Source of the DNA: Pelagomonas calceolata
Taxonomy: Eukaryota
Direction of reading: 5' to 3'
Length of the DNA stretch: 64,000 nucleotides
Assembly (NCBI GenBank): GCA_918797485.1
Contig: CAKKNE010000005.1
Span: 3,038,001-3,102,000, forward strand
The position numbers were made by a program, and so were the translations under genes. How positions within the stretch are numbered: the first letter of the stretch is position 1; the number at the start of each line of letters is the position of its first letter. This document shows positions 1-9,100 of this stretch, in pieces. The notes below the pieces were generated by a model. That model did not search any database. It had not been told where the DNA came from and saw only the letters and a list, made by a program, of their open reading frames with translations.

Positions 1-947
1 CGCTGCTTCTTGGCCTGCTGCTCGCCGGCGCGCGGGAAGTTCACGGGGCGGCCGTGGGCGCGGGCCTTGTCGTCGTAGGCCCGCGCCGCGGCCTCGGGCG
101 AGTCGTAGGTGCCCAGGTGCATGCGCTCGCCGTTCACCTTGATGCCGGCCTCCCAGTTCGCCGTCTTGCTCTTGCGGTAGATGCCCACGAAGTCGTCCTC
201 GCCTGCAGCTTCCACGGCCGGCGGCGGCCGCGGCGGCTCGGGCGGCATCTCGACAAATTCCCGGATGATGGGCCGGATCAGCTCCGCGGCGACGCCCGAC
301 TCGCGGTCGCCGTCATCATAAACCACGTCGTAGCCGATCAACGCCGACCCGCCCGTGATGCGGCCGCCGTACCACTGCTTGCCGAAGCCGAAGCGCGCCT
401 CGACGCGGTCGCCGTCCTCGAACGACTGCGCCGGTGCGGGCGCCGGCGCCGGCGCCGGCGCCGCGGCGGGCGTCGCGAGGGTCACTTCGAGCGACGGCGC
501 GGGCCCGACCCTCGTGATTTTGACGTCGGGGTCCGGGAAGCGCACGGCCTCGCTCTGGCCGTCGTCGTAGAGCACCATGGCGCGTTGCTTGTCCAGCAAT
601 CCCGTGATGGTGCCCCCGTAGTCCTGGCCGTCGCTGAAGCGCACGGTGATGCGGCTCCCGGGCGGCGGCGGCGGCGGCGTCGGCTCCGTCTCCATCGCCG
701 CGGGCTCGGGCGGCGGCGGTGCCGCCGCGGGCTCGGCCGGCGCTGGCACCGCCGCGGGCTCGGCCGGCGCTGGTGCAGCGGTCTCCATCGCCGCGGGCTC
801 GGCCGGCGCTGGAGGCGCAGCGTTTGTTTCTTCGGAGCGGGCGCGCTTGACGGCGCGGCGGGGCCCGGACGGAGCCTGCCACAACGACTTCGGGCCCATG
901 GCGTCCGGTCGGGAGGGTCCGAGTCCCTTGGGAGCCTCTTCGGCCAT
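1..947 (-). CDS. Protein with two Tudor/Agenet-like domains and an AP2 domain (3' end runs off the window; absent from the ORF track)
   Basis: Hand translation from ATG 947: MAEEAPKG..., PGSRITVRFSDGQDYGGTITGLLDKQRAMVLYDDGQSE, FEDGDRVEARFGFGKQWYGGRITGG...YDVVYDDGDRE, then AP2-like FVGIYRKSKTANWEAGIKVNGERMHLGTYDSPEAAARAYDDKARAHGRPVNFP. No stop before base 1. Confidence 0.8.
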   Translation of the reverse strand, partial: MAEEAPKGLGPSRPDAMGPKSLWQAPSGPRRAVKRARSEETNAAPPAPAEPAAMETAAPAPAEPAAVPAPAEPAAAPPPPEPAAMETEPTPPPPPPGSRITVRFSDGQDYGGTITGLLDKQRAMVLYDDGQSEAVRFPDPDVKITRVGPAPSLEVTLATPAAAPAPAPAPAPAQSFEDGDRVEARFGFGKQWYGGRITGGSALIGYDVVYDDGDRESGVAAELIRPIIREFVEMPPEPPRPPPAVEAAGEDDFVGIYRKSKTANWEAGIKVNGERMHLGTYDSPEAAARAYDDKARAHGRPVNFPRAGEQQAKKQ

Positions 948-1180
948 TCTTTCGCTGTTTTCCGACGGCTTCGGCTCCTCTTGTGGTTCGCCGCTATTCT
1001 TTGTGATGATTGTGGTCGCCGGCAGTGGCGCTCTGGGTGCCTGAGCCGGGGTTTGAGAACTTGCGCTCTCGCGGCTTGACACTGTGCCTGTTGGAAAAAA
1101 CGCGTGTTTCACTAGCTTACTGGGGGCTGTGCAAAGCTGAAATGCGCTCGCTTCTCAGCGCTGCTCTGCCGTAGGTTAGC

Positions 1181-1205
1181 TTGCTAGTGTCTTACAGCCG
1201 CTAGC
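1181..1205 (-). promoter_or_regulatory. Recurrent upstream motif (GTAAGACACTAGC family), copy 1
   Basis: TTGCTAGTGTCTTACAGCCGCTAGC, about 235 bp upstream of the minus-strand ATG at 947. Confidence 0.6.
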
Positions 1206-1258
1206 AATTTCCCTCGCGCCGGAGCCCTGGAACCGGCAGACAGTTGAAAAACCGCTAC

Positions 1259-2830
1259 TTAGTACTGCTGCTCCTTGAGGACCTGCGCGAGCATGTCGTT
1301 TCGCGCGGCCAACTGCTTCCGGGCCGCGTCCCGCTCCCGGAGCGCCTCGTCGCGTTCGCGTCGGAGCGTCGCGACTTCTGCGCGCGCGGCGTCGCGCTCC
1401 CGGCCCCTCTGGCGCAGGCGCGCTCCGGCGTCCTGCAGCTGCTCCAGGAGGTTGTCGTCGGGATCGCGATCGCGGAAACGCCAGTGCCCCCGCCGCGGCG
1501 CGGGCGCCTCAGGCTCCGGCGGTCGCGGTCGTGGCGGCGCGGGCGCTCGAGGCTCCGGCGGTCGCGGGCGCGGCAGCGCGGGCGCCTCCGGCACTGGTGC
1601 TCGCGGTCGCGGCGGCGCGGGCGCCTGAGACGCTGGAGGTCGCGGCGGCGCCGCGGCAGGAGCCGGAGAGTTGGTCGTGCGGGCGCGTTTCGCGGGCGGC
1701 GGTCCCGTCGAGCTCCTTCTCGTCTTCGGCACCGCCTGCTCTTCCCCCTCGCGCGGGAAATTCACCGGCCGATTCAACTCCCGTGCTCGCTTGTCGTAGG
1801 CTGCGGCGGCTTCTACGGGCGAGTAGTAGTTGCCCAAATACTCCGTCTCGCCGTCGACGCCGATGTTCGCGGACCACGACGTGTTTTCCCGACGAGCATC
1901 AATGCTCACACCGACGTACTTTTTATGTACCGTCTGGGGCGTGCAACTCAGCGCAGCCGGCGGCCCCGTGAACTCAACACCGTCGAAGCATTGCTCCTCC
2001 GGCGGCACGGGCTCTTGCTTCACCACAGGCGGCGGAGGCAGGTCGTCGTCCGTGTCGTCGTTGGCCGGCGGCCGCGCGTCGTCCTCCGATGAGCGCGCCG
2101 CCGCCGCGATTTCGGCAGCGGACACGGGCGGCCCCCGCGGCGGCGCGCGCGCCGGCGGCCGCGCCTCGTCGTCCGTGTCAGATTCGGCCGGCGGAGTGTC
2201 GCTGTCCGACGAGGAGGACACGGTGCTCGGCGGACTCGCGCGGCGCACCGGCGCCCCGTCCGGAGAGAAGTCATCGTCCGTGTCTGAGTCCGACGAGGAG
2301 GACGAGGTGCTCTCGTTCCCGGCGATCATTTGGGTGATCTGCTTCCGAGTTGGCGTTTCGGCGTATTCCGGCCTTAGACTCGAGGACGGGAGGTAGGTCG
2401 AGGTGCGCACCGGCGGCGGCGACGCGGGCGCTGGCGCGGGCGCTGGCGCGGGCGCCGCCGCAGCCTCGCGCGCCTCGGCTGCCGCGACCGCCGCAACCGC
2501 GAGCGCTTTGGACGAGACCTTTTTTGGTCTTTTGCGCGGCGACTGCGGCGAGGCCGGGGGGCTTCGCGGGACGGTTGCCTCCCACTGGTGGCCGGCGAGC
2601 GGCGGCGCCCGGTCCAGCACCATGACGAAGCCTTGCTCAATGTCGTATTTCAAGTCCTTGCGCGCGGCGCCCATCGCGAGATACTGCCCAGTTGTGGTCG
2701 CAGTCGTACATCGCTCGAAGTTCTCACTTCGGCGCTTGCGCGTGCGCGCGATCGGCGCATTCCTCGCGATGAGGCTGTCGACGTCCTCGAGCGGCGGCAA
2801 CGTAGCAGGCGGGCGCGGTGGTTGGTCCAT
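1259..2830 (-). CDS. AP2-domain protein with C-terminal coiled coil
   Basis: KKYVGVSIDARRENTSWSANIGVDGETEYLGNYYSPVEAAAAYDKRARELNRPVNFP; Pro/Ser/Asp low-complexity linkers; ERD-heptad C-terminus. Confidence 0.8.
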   Translation of the reverse strand: MDQPPRPPATLPPLEDVDSLIARNAPIARTRKRRSENFERCTTATTTGQYLAMGAARKDLKYDIEQGFVMVLDRAPPLAGHQWEATVPRSPPASPQSPRKRPKKVSSKALAVAAVAAAEAREAAAAPAPAPAPAPASPPPVRTSTYLPSSSLRPEYAETPTRKQITQMIAGNESTSSSSSDSDTDDDFSPDGAPVRRASPPSTVSSSSDSDTPPAESDTDDEARPPARAPPRGPPVSAAEIAAAARSSEDDARPPANDDTDDDLPPPPVVKQEPVPPEEQCFDGVEFTGPPAALSCTPQTVHKKYVGVSIDARRENTSWSANIGVDGETEYLGNYYSPVEAAAAYDKRARELNRPVNFPREGEEQAVPKTRRSSTGPPPAKRARTTNSPAPAAAPPRPPASQAPAPPRPRAPVPEAPALPRPRPPEPRAPAPPRPRPPEPEAPAPRRGHWRFRDRDPDDNLLEQLQDAGARLRQRGRERDAARAEVATLRRERDEALRERDAARKQLAARNDMLAQVLKEQQY

Positions 2831-3265
2831 GTGAATACGCGTAGCAATTGAGCGCCTATCCGTTTAACTATTCACGCCGCGTCCCGCTTGGCGACCATAA
2901 TAAACCACTTGCAGCAAAATGTAAGTTTTTGTGGTACCAGTTGCGGGTCTCAGGCCGCCGCTCCAACAGTATATATCGAAACGAGACCGGCGCGCGCGTT
3001 TAGCGCCTGATGTCGCCGCTCGGCGCACATATATAGACGGGACGACCTCGCCTAAAGGTTACCTACGAGACCCCCCTACTGCTACGCTAATTAAAAAAAA
3101 TAATTAATTTGTAAGGCTGCCAAGCAAGAAATATAACATAGTATATTCCAAAAAAAAGAAGACACGCAAGGTACTTTTAAGATCTATGCAACCGCAGGGG
3201 CGAGGCCCGCGCGGCCGCGCCGCAAATAATTACTTGTAGTACATAGAAGCTCATACAAGCCATTC

Positions 3266-4351
3266 TTATTGCGCCCCGCGAACCCCATTTTTGCCTGGTT
3301 TGGTCTGGTTCGAGGTTTGGTTGTTCGACATCGTCGGTGACATTTCGATCGTATTGTTGCTGATGGCGACGCTTGCCGTCACGTTTGGTGGGCTACTCGC
3401 CGGTCGCTGCTTCAGCAACGCCGCCAGGAGCTGGTCCTTGAAGGCCGTCGTGGCTGAGAGTTGCCCCCGGAGTGTGTCTCTTTCCGACCGCAATGCGTCG
3501 CGTTCGATCAGCAGGGAGTCCCTCTCCGCGCGCATGGTGTCGCGTTCGAACATCAGCTGGTCGTACGAGAAAGTCGTCTCCGGCGGGTCGACGCGCGGCG
3601 GTGGCGTCGCTCGCGCCCGTTTCTTCGGGGGCGCTCGTCGTTGGCGTATCGCCTGCTTCTCGCCGGCCCGCGGGAAGTTCACCGGCCGCCCGAACTCGCG
3701 CGCCTTCGCGTCATACGCCCGCGCCGCAAGCTCAGGCGTTTCAAATGTACCAAGGTCGAGCTCTTCGCCAGCATGCTTGATCCGCGCCCTCGCGTGGCCG
3801 TGCGCGGTCGTCACGCCGACAAATTTTCTCGAAGACAGGTCGGCGTCGCTCACGTCCTCCTCCTCCTCTTCCTCGCTCGAGCTCTCGCCGGGGTATCGGC
3901 GTGGCCGCGTCGAAGCGGCGCGGCGTGGCGGACGGTTCGTCGGCTCGTCTACTACTGCCGTTTCGTACAACGTCTGGGCGTTCTCCGACGCCACGCCCAC
4001 CGCCGGGAGCTCCGACGGATCCAGCGGCTCGAAGCGGCGATCCTCTGGCTCCGTCTGGGTTGGCTCGCCGTGCAAGCTCTGGCGCGGCGGCGGCGCCCGG
4101 CCGCACCCACCAAACAAGCGCTGCGCCTCGCGCTGGGCGGCGGTAGCGTCGACGGGTGGTGGTGCTCCAAACATCCGCTGCGCCTCGGCGTGCGCGAGCG
4201 CAGCATCATCGTCGCCCGACGAGCGCCGCCCAAGTGATGGGGCAGCCTGTTGGCCGCCGAGCACCACCCTTATTGATCGATCCTCCACTGGCACTGCGGC
4301 CCGCGGCCCCGGCGCGTTGTGCTGGGCTATTTGCTTCAGGAGGTGACTCAT
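3266..4351 (-). CDS. AP2-domain protein with C-terminal coiled coil
   Basis: KFVGVTTAHGHARARIKHAGEELDLGTFETPELAARAYDAKAREFGRPVNFPRAGE; ERD heptads; first ATG (MSHLLK) at 4351. Confidence 0.8.
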   Translation of the reverse strand: MSHLLKQIAQHNAPGPRAAVPVEDRSIRVVLGGQQAAPSLGRRSSGDDDAALAHAEAQRMFGAPPPVDATAAQREAQRLFGGCGRAPPPRQSLHGEPTQTEPEDRRFEPLDPSELPAVGVASENAQTLYETAVVDEPTNRPPRRAASTRPRRYPGESSSEEEEEEDVSDADLSSRKFVGVTTAHGHARARIKHAGEELDLGTFETPELAARAYDAKAREFGRPVNFPRAGEKQAIRQRRAPPKKRARATPPPRVDPPETTFSYDQLMFERDTMRAERDSLLIERDALRSERDTLRGQLSATTAFKDQLLAALLKQRPASSPPNVTASVAISNNTIEMSPTMSNNQTSNQTKPGKNGVRGAQ

Positions 4352-4404
4352 TTTGGCGCCTAAAGCAGCCTCAAGTCGCACGCTGCGTTTGCACCCGCAC
4401 TGAC

Positions 4405-4429
4405 CTAGCGTTGTAAGACACTAGCGAGC
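4405..4429 (+). promoter_or_regulatory. Recurrent upstream motif, copy 2 (divergent AP2/BUD13 promoter)
   Basis: CTAGCGTTGTAAGACACTAGCGAGC. Confidence 0.6.
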
Positions 4430-4577
4430 CTGCGGCGCGGCGGCGCCGCTTTACAACCGCATAGTCGCTCGCATTGCTCGCTTCGCGCGGCGAAACGTAA
4501 ACTCCGACAGCCAGTCATACGCACTGCACGCAGCGAAGCTCTTGCAACCACAAATCGCTGCGGCGCGCAACGAAGCC

Positions 4578-6086
4578 ATGTCGTCGCGCGCCGACTACCT
4601 TAAGAAATACACGAGCGGCGGCAAGAAAGACAAGAAAAAGAAGAAGCGCAAGCGCGAGAAGGCGTCGGCGGCGGCCTCGGGCATGCGCCTGGTCGAGTCG
4701 GACGACGAGTGGGCCGCGCCCGCGCCCGGCGGCGCCGGCTTCGACGCCGAGGCCGACGACGAGGCGCCCCAGGTGGTCTTCGACGACGCCGAGGGTGCCG
4801 TCAAGCCCGAGGAGGTCGTGCGGACGCGCGGCGCGTGGGCGGCCGTCGGAGGCGGCGGCGGCGGCGGGTCGGACAGCGACGCGTCGCCGCCGCGGCGCGG
4901 GCGCGCGGGCTCCGACTCGGACGCCTCGCCGCCGCGGCGCGGGCGCGCGGGCTCGGACAGTGACGCGAGCCCACCGCGGCGGGGGCGGGCCGGATCTGAT
5001 AGCGACGCGAGCCCTCCGCGGCGGGGGCGCGCGGGCTCTGATTCGGACGCGTCGCCTCCGCGACGAGGCCGCGCGGGCTCTGACTCGGACGCATCGCCAC
5101 CGCGACGAGGTCGCGCGGGCTCTGACAGCGACGCCTCTCCGCCAAGGCGGGGCCGCGCGGGCTCCGATAGCGACGCGAGTCCTCCCCGACGCGGCCGAGC
5201 TGGATCCGACAGCGACGCGTCTCTGCCGCGACGGGGCCGCGCGGGCTCGGATTCCGACGCATCTCCGCCGCGACGAGCACGCGCAGACGACAGCGACGCC
5301 AGCCCGCCGCGCCGGCGCGCGCGCGCAGACGACAGCGACGCGAGCCCCCCGCGCCGGCGACGAGCCGACCCCGACGCGAGCCCGCCGCGCCGCCCGCCGA
5401 AGACGGAGCGCGTCGCCTTCGCGCCGGCCGACAAGAAGGCCAGCCAGCGCGGCGCGCGAAAAATGGCCGACGGCCATTCGGCCGGCGTGCTGTCGGGCGC
5501 CGAGTTCAAGGCCGCCGAGACCAAACTGAGGGAGGAGCGGCGGCGCGAGGCCGCGGCCATGGACCCGAGCGAGTCGGGCGCGCACGCCGCGACGGTCTAC
5601 CGCGACCGGCGCACGGGCAAGGCCATCAACCTCGCGGACGAGGCGGCGCGCATCGAGGCGGAGCGCGAGAAGAAGGCCCAGGAGGCGCGCGAGCAGTTCG
5701 AGTGGGGCCGAGGAACGAAGCAGAAAGAGGCCGAAGCGGACGCGAGGGCGGAGCTCAAGGCCGTGGCGAACGAGCCCTTCGCGCGGCGCGCCGACGATCC
5801 CAAGCTGGAGAAGATGCGGAGGGATGTGATTCGGGACGGCGACCCGATGGCCGACTACATCCGGCAAAGCCGAGCACAGGAAGAGGAGAAGGCGACGCCG
5901 GCGGAATCAAGGCGCCCAGTCTATAAGGGCCCGCCCCCGCCGCCGAACCGGTTCGGCATCCGGCCAGGCTACCGATGGGACGGCGTCGACCGCGGCAACG
6001 GCTGGGAGCAGAAGCTCCAGAACCACGCGGCACAACAGGTCGGCCTGAGGAACGACCGGTATGCCTGGTCATGCGCAGACATGTAG
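4578..6086 (+). CDS. BUD13: Pre-mRNA splicing factor BUD13/CWC26 (RES complex)
   Basis: N-terminal DYLKKY; C-terminal TVYRD, WGRG, RDGDPM, YKGPPPPPNRFGIRPGYRWDGVDRGNGWE and YAWSCADM, typical of Bud13; central D-x-SPPRR repeats. Confidence 0.93.
   Translation: MSSRADYLKKYTSGGKKDKKKKKRKREKASAAASGMRLVESDDEWAAPAPGGAGFDAEADDEAPQVVFDDAEGAVKPEEVVRTRGAWAAVGGGGGGGSDSDASPPRRGRAGSDSDASPPRRGRAGSDSDASPPRRGRAGSDSDASPPRRGRAGSDSDASPPRRGRAGSDSDASPPRRGRAGSDSDASPPRRGRAGSDSDASPPRRGRAGSDSDASLPRRGRAGSDSDASPPRRARADDSDASPPRRRARADDSDASPPRRRRADPDASPPRRPPKTERVAFAPADKKASQRGARKMADGHSAGVLSGAEFKAAETKLREERRREAAAMDPSESGAHAATVYRDRRTGKAINLADEAARIEAEREKKAQEAREQFEWGRGTKQKEAEADARAELKAVANEPFARRADDPKLEKMRRDVIRDGDPMADYIRQSRAQEEEKATPAESRRPVYKGPPPPPNRFGIRPGYRWDGVDRGNGWEQKLQNHAAQQVGLRNDRYAWSCADM
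4866..5395 (+). repeat. Coding tandem repeat in BUD13, 42-bp unit (GSDSDASPPRRGRA), about 10 copies plus 3 degenerate copies
   Basis: Peptide unit nearly invariant, with many synonymous differences between units. Confidence 0.9.
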
Positions 6087-6169
6087 GTTTAGTAATAACA
6101 GATTTAACGAATTTCCCCGTGCGCCGTCGATGGGGGACCGCGCCGGCCGGTCGCCGCGCGCGTATGAAT

Positions 6170-9100
6170 TTAGTGGCCCGGCGCGCGTCGAGCCGGTCCC
6201 TTCTTTTTCCTGCGAGCGCCGCCCCGCAAAGAAGAGGCGTGTTGCCCGCCCCGCGAAGAGTGGTGCTGCCCGCCCCGCGCGGGCGAGGCGTGCTGCTCGA
6301 ACGCCGGCGCGAGGCGCCGCGGGCCCGTCGCGGACGGTTGGGGCGGCGCCTCGACGTCCTCCTTGGACTCCTCGTGCGCGGCCTGGAACGACGCCATCAT
6401 GGCCTCGGCTTCCCTGCGAGCCGCCTCCATCTCCCGGGCCATCTCCTCCTCGGCGCTTAACAAGGGCGCCGCCTCCTCCGCCTTCGCGGCCTCGGCCTTC
6501 GCGGCCTCGCGCTCGGCCTTCAGCTCCGCCACTCGCTGCGACGTCGTCCGGGGCAGCTCCGGCTTCGTCTCCGGGCTCGGTTCGGGCACGACCGGCGCGT
6601 CGCCGGTGCGCCTTAACGACATGAGCTTCAGCTTGGCCTTCTGCGCGTCGGTCAATCCCAGATCCTTGGGCCCGAGCTCGGCCTTGCCCACGGCGTGGGG
6701 GTGCTGGAAGGCCCGCACGACGCGGTTTTGTAGCATAATCATGCGCGCTACGTCCGGCATGGGCGGCGGCGGTCTCTTGGGTCGATGCGGCAGCGGCTTG
6801 AGCCGGGGCGGCGACGCGACCATGACCGGCGGCCCCTTAACTTCGTGCGTCATGGGTCCGCGCGAAAGCCCCAACCTTTGCTCCTCGATGCGCGCCTGGG
6901 CGCTCACGAACAGGTCGTTCTCCCGCGCGACGGCCGCGTTCGGGTCGTCTTCCACATGCGCCAAGAGTGAGGACAAATCAGTAGCCGAGGGCGCCATGCC
7001 CCGCGCATCTTCCAACATCGTGGCCTCCTCGTAGTCGTTCCATAAAGCTTCCAAGGCCACGCACCGCTCTCGTACTTCATGCCTGTGCAACCGCTCCTCG
7101 AGGTCCAGCGCCGTGTCCTTCAACCGCAGATGCTCCTTGTGCACGACGATGAACGCGTTTAACTTTTCCACCGCTTCAATCAGGAAGAGCAATAACATGA
7201 CGATGATCACCATCGCCACCCAGCACACGAGGACCACCACCAGCCCGGGCACTAATCTATTGGCCTCGAACATGAGTCTTTTGCCTCCGCCGAAGGACGA
7301 ACCGACGCCCACAATCGCAAACACCAGGGCGATGATGTTCTCCTCCAAGAACGTGTCCCGCGGCACGGGCGGCGTCCACAGCAATAACTCGCCGATGATC
7401 GACAAAGGAAGCTGGTACCACGCCGGGTGGAAGGCGATCGTCGACGCCACGCGCGTCAATGCCTGGCCCCGCCAGAGCGTGCAGGACCCGCCCTTCGCCC
7501 GGAACTTCGCGTTTTCTTTGCGCTCGTTATCTTCGTGCTTGTGGAGCGTCGCGAGCCAGGCCTTCATCTCCTTGGTCGCGTGTAACACGAACTCGGCCTC
7601 CTCGACCTTTTGCGAGTGGAAGATCCTGTGCTTCACCTCCTCGATCTCCTTCGTCTCGCCCTCGTCGTGGGCCCGGTGCGCCGCCGCCTTCACGGCGTCA
7701 TCCCTCATATGCTTGAGGCGCCGCGGCTCCGGCAGGCCCAGCCGGTCGAAGGCCAGGACCTTCTCGTACGAAACTAAGGCAGAGGGGTCCACGGGCGCGG
7801 CCGCCCGGAACGGCAGGTGCCGGTTCCGCGGGTTCTCCAGGAACAGGAGCTTGTCCCGCACCGCGAGCGGCACGACGATCATCGTGATCAGGATGACCAT
7901 GGGCTCGATCGTCAGAAACGAGAAGCAGATGAACTGGACCGTGCTGTAGAACCAGGCCCGCTTCATCTTCTTGCCCGTCGCGCCCTCCTGGTCGAGGCGC
8001 TGCGCGAACTGCAACGTGAGCCACAGCGGGTAGAGTAACGCAAACAACCACAGGAACGTCCCCACGGCCTTGGGCAGGTCGTCGACGGGCTCGGGCCCCA
8101 CCGCGTCCTCGCCGAACATCTCCAGCCGGATCACCTCCAATTCAAACAGCGTCAGGTCGTCGCACCTTAATAAAAAGTAGTACAAGCCGCACGCCGTGCC
8201 GTCGTCGGCCTCCGCGATCCTCGAGTCGACGCGCGCCGCCAGGTCCAGGTTCGCGCTCAGGCGCCGGTGCGCCCGCAGCGCGAAGAGCTCCAAATCGGGC
8301 GTCGTCCAGTTCTTCCAGGGCGTGTGCGGCACGCCCCACTTGTTGCTGAACTCCTCCCTTATGGTCTTCAAGGCCCGGCGCGTCGACCGATCCAGGGGCG
8401 TGTGGTCGTGGTCCGCGAGCGCGTGGTCTAGTTCCCTTTTTCGCCTAACCATGGCGCGCATCGCCGGCACGACGGCGTCGCGCGCGCCGCGATACACCAC
8501 CTGCTTCGCCTCCAACCCATTGAGGTCCGTGCCGTCGCCCTCGAGCCTCAAATTGCGCCGGAGGCGCCGCACGGCCCGCCGCGCCGCCGCGCTCCTCTGG
8601 CACGCGCCGGCCGGCGCCACCTTCCGCGTGGACTTGCGCGGCGCGCTCACATACGTAAAAAAGAGCCAGTTGTGGAACTTCAACGCCGGCAGCGTCAATA
8701 AAACGACCACCAGCTCCAGGAAGAGCGTCCGCGGGTTGACCGCGCCCGCCTCCTGGACGTCCAGCTCGCAGGGCTTGTTGTCCGGGTCCAGGGGCCCCAG
8801 CGTCCAGGAGCAGGCCTGCTTCGTCTCGCCGCCGACGACGGCGACCCAGACCTCGTCATACAATAGGGTTTTCGCGAGGCAGGACGCGCGCGTCTCGGCC
8901 GCCCGGCAGTAGCCCAGGGGATACTTGAGCCAGTGGCACATGGCCTCGGCCGCGATGATCACCAAAATGTTGAAGAAGCAGACCATGCACCGCGCCGGCC
9001 GCGGCGCCGCGGGGTCGTAGACGCTGTAGAGCGACGTGAGCGAGTGGTTCTCCCAGATGAGCTGGAGGCCGAAGCGCGGCGCGTTGTACAGGCCCAATAC

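Noticed and set aside
4866..5395. Regularly spaced repeats as a possible CRISPR array
   Set aside because: No unique spacers; an in-frame coding repeat of eukaryotic BUD13
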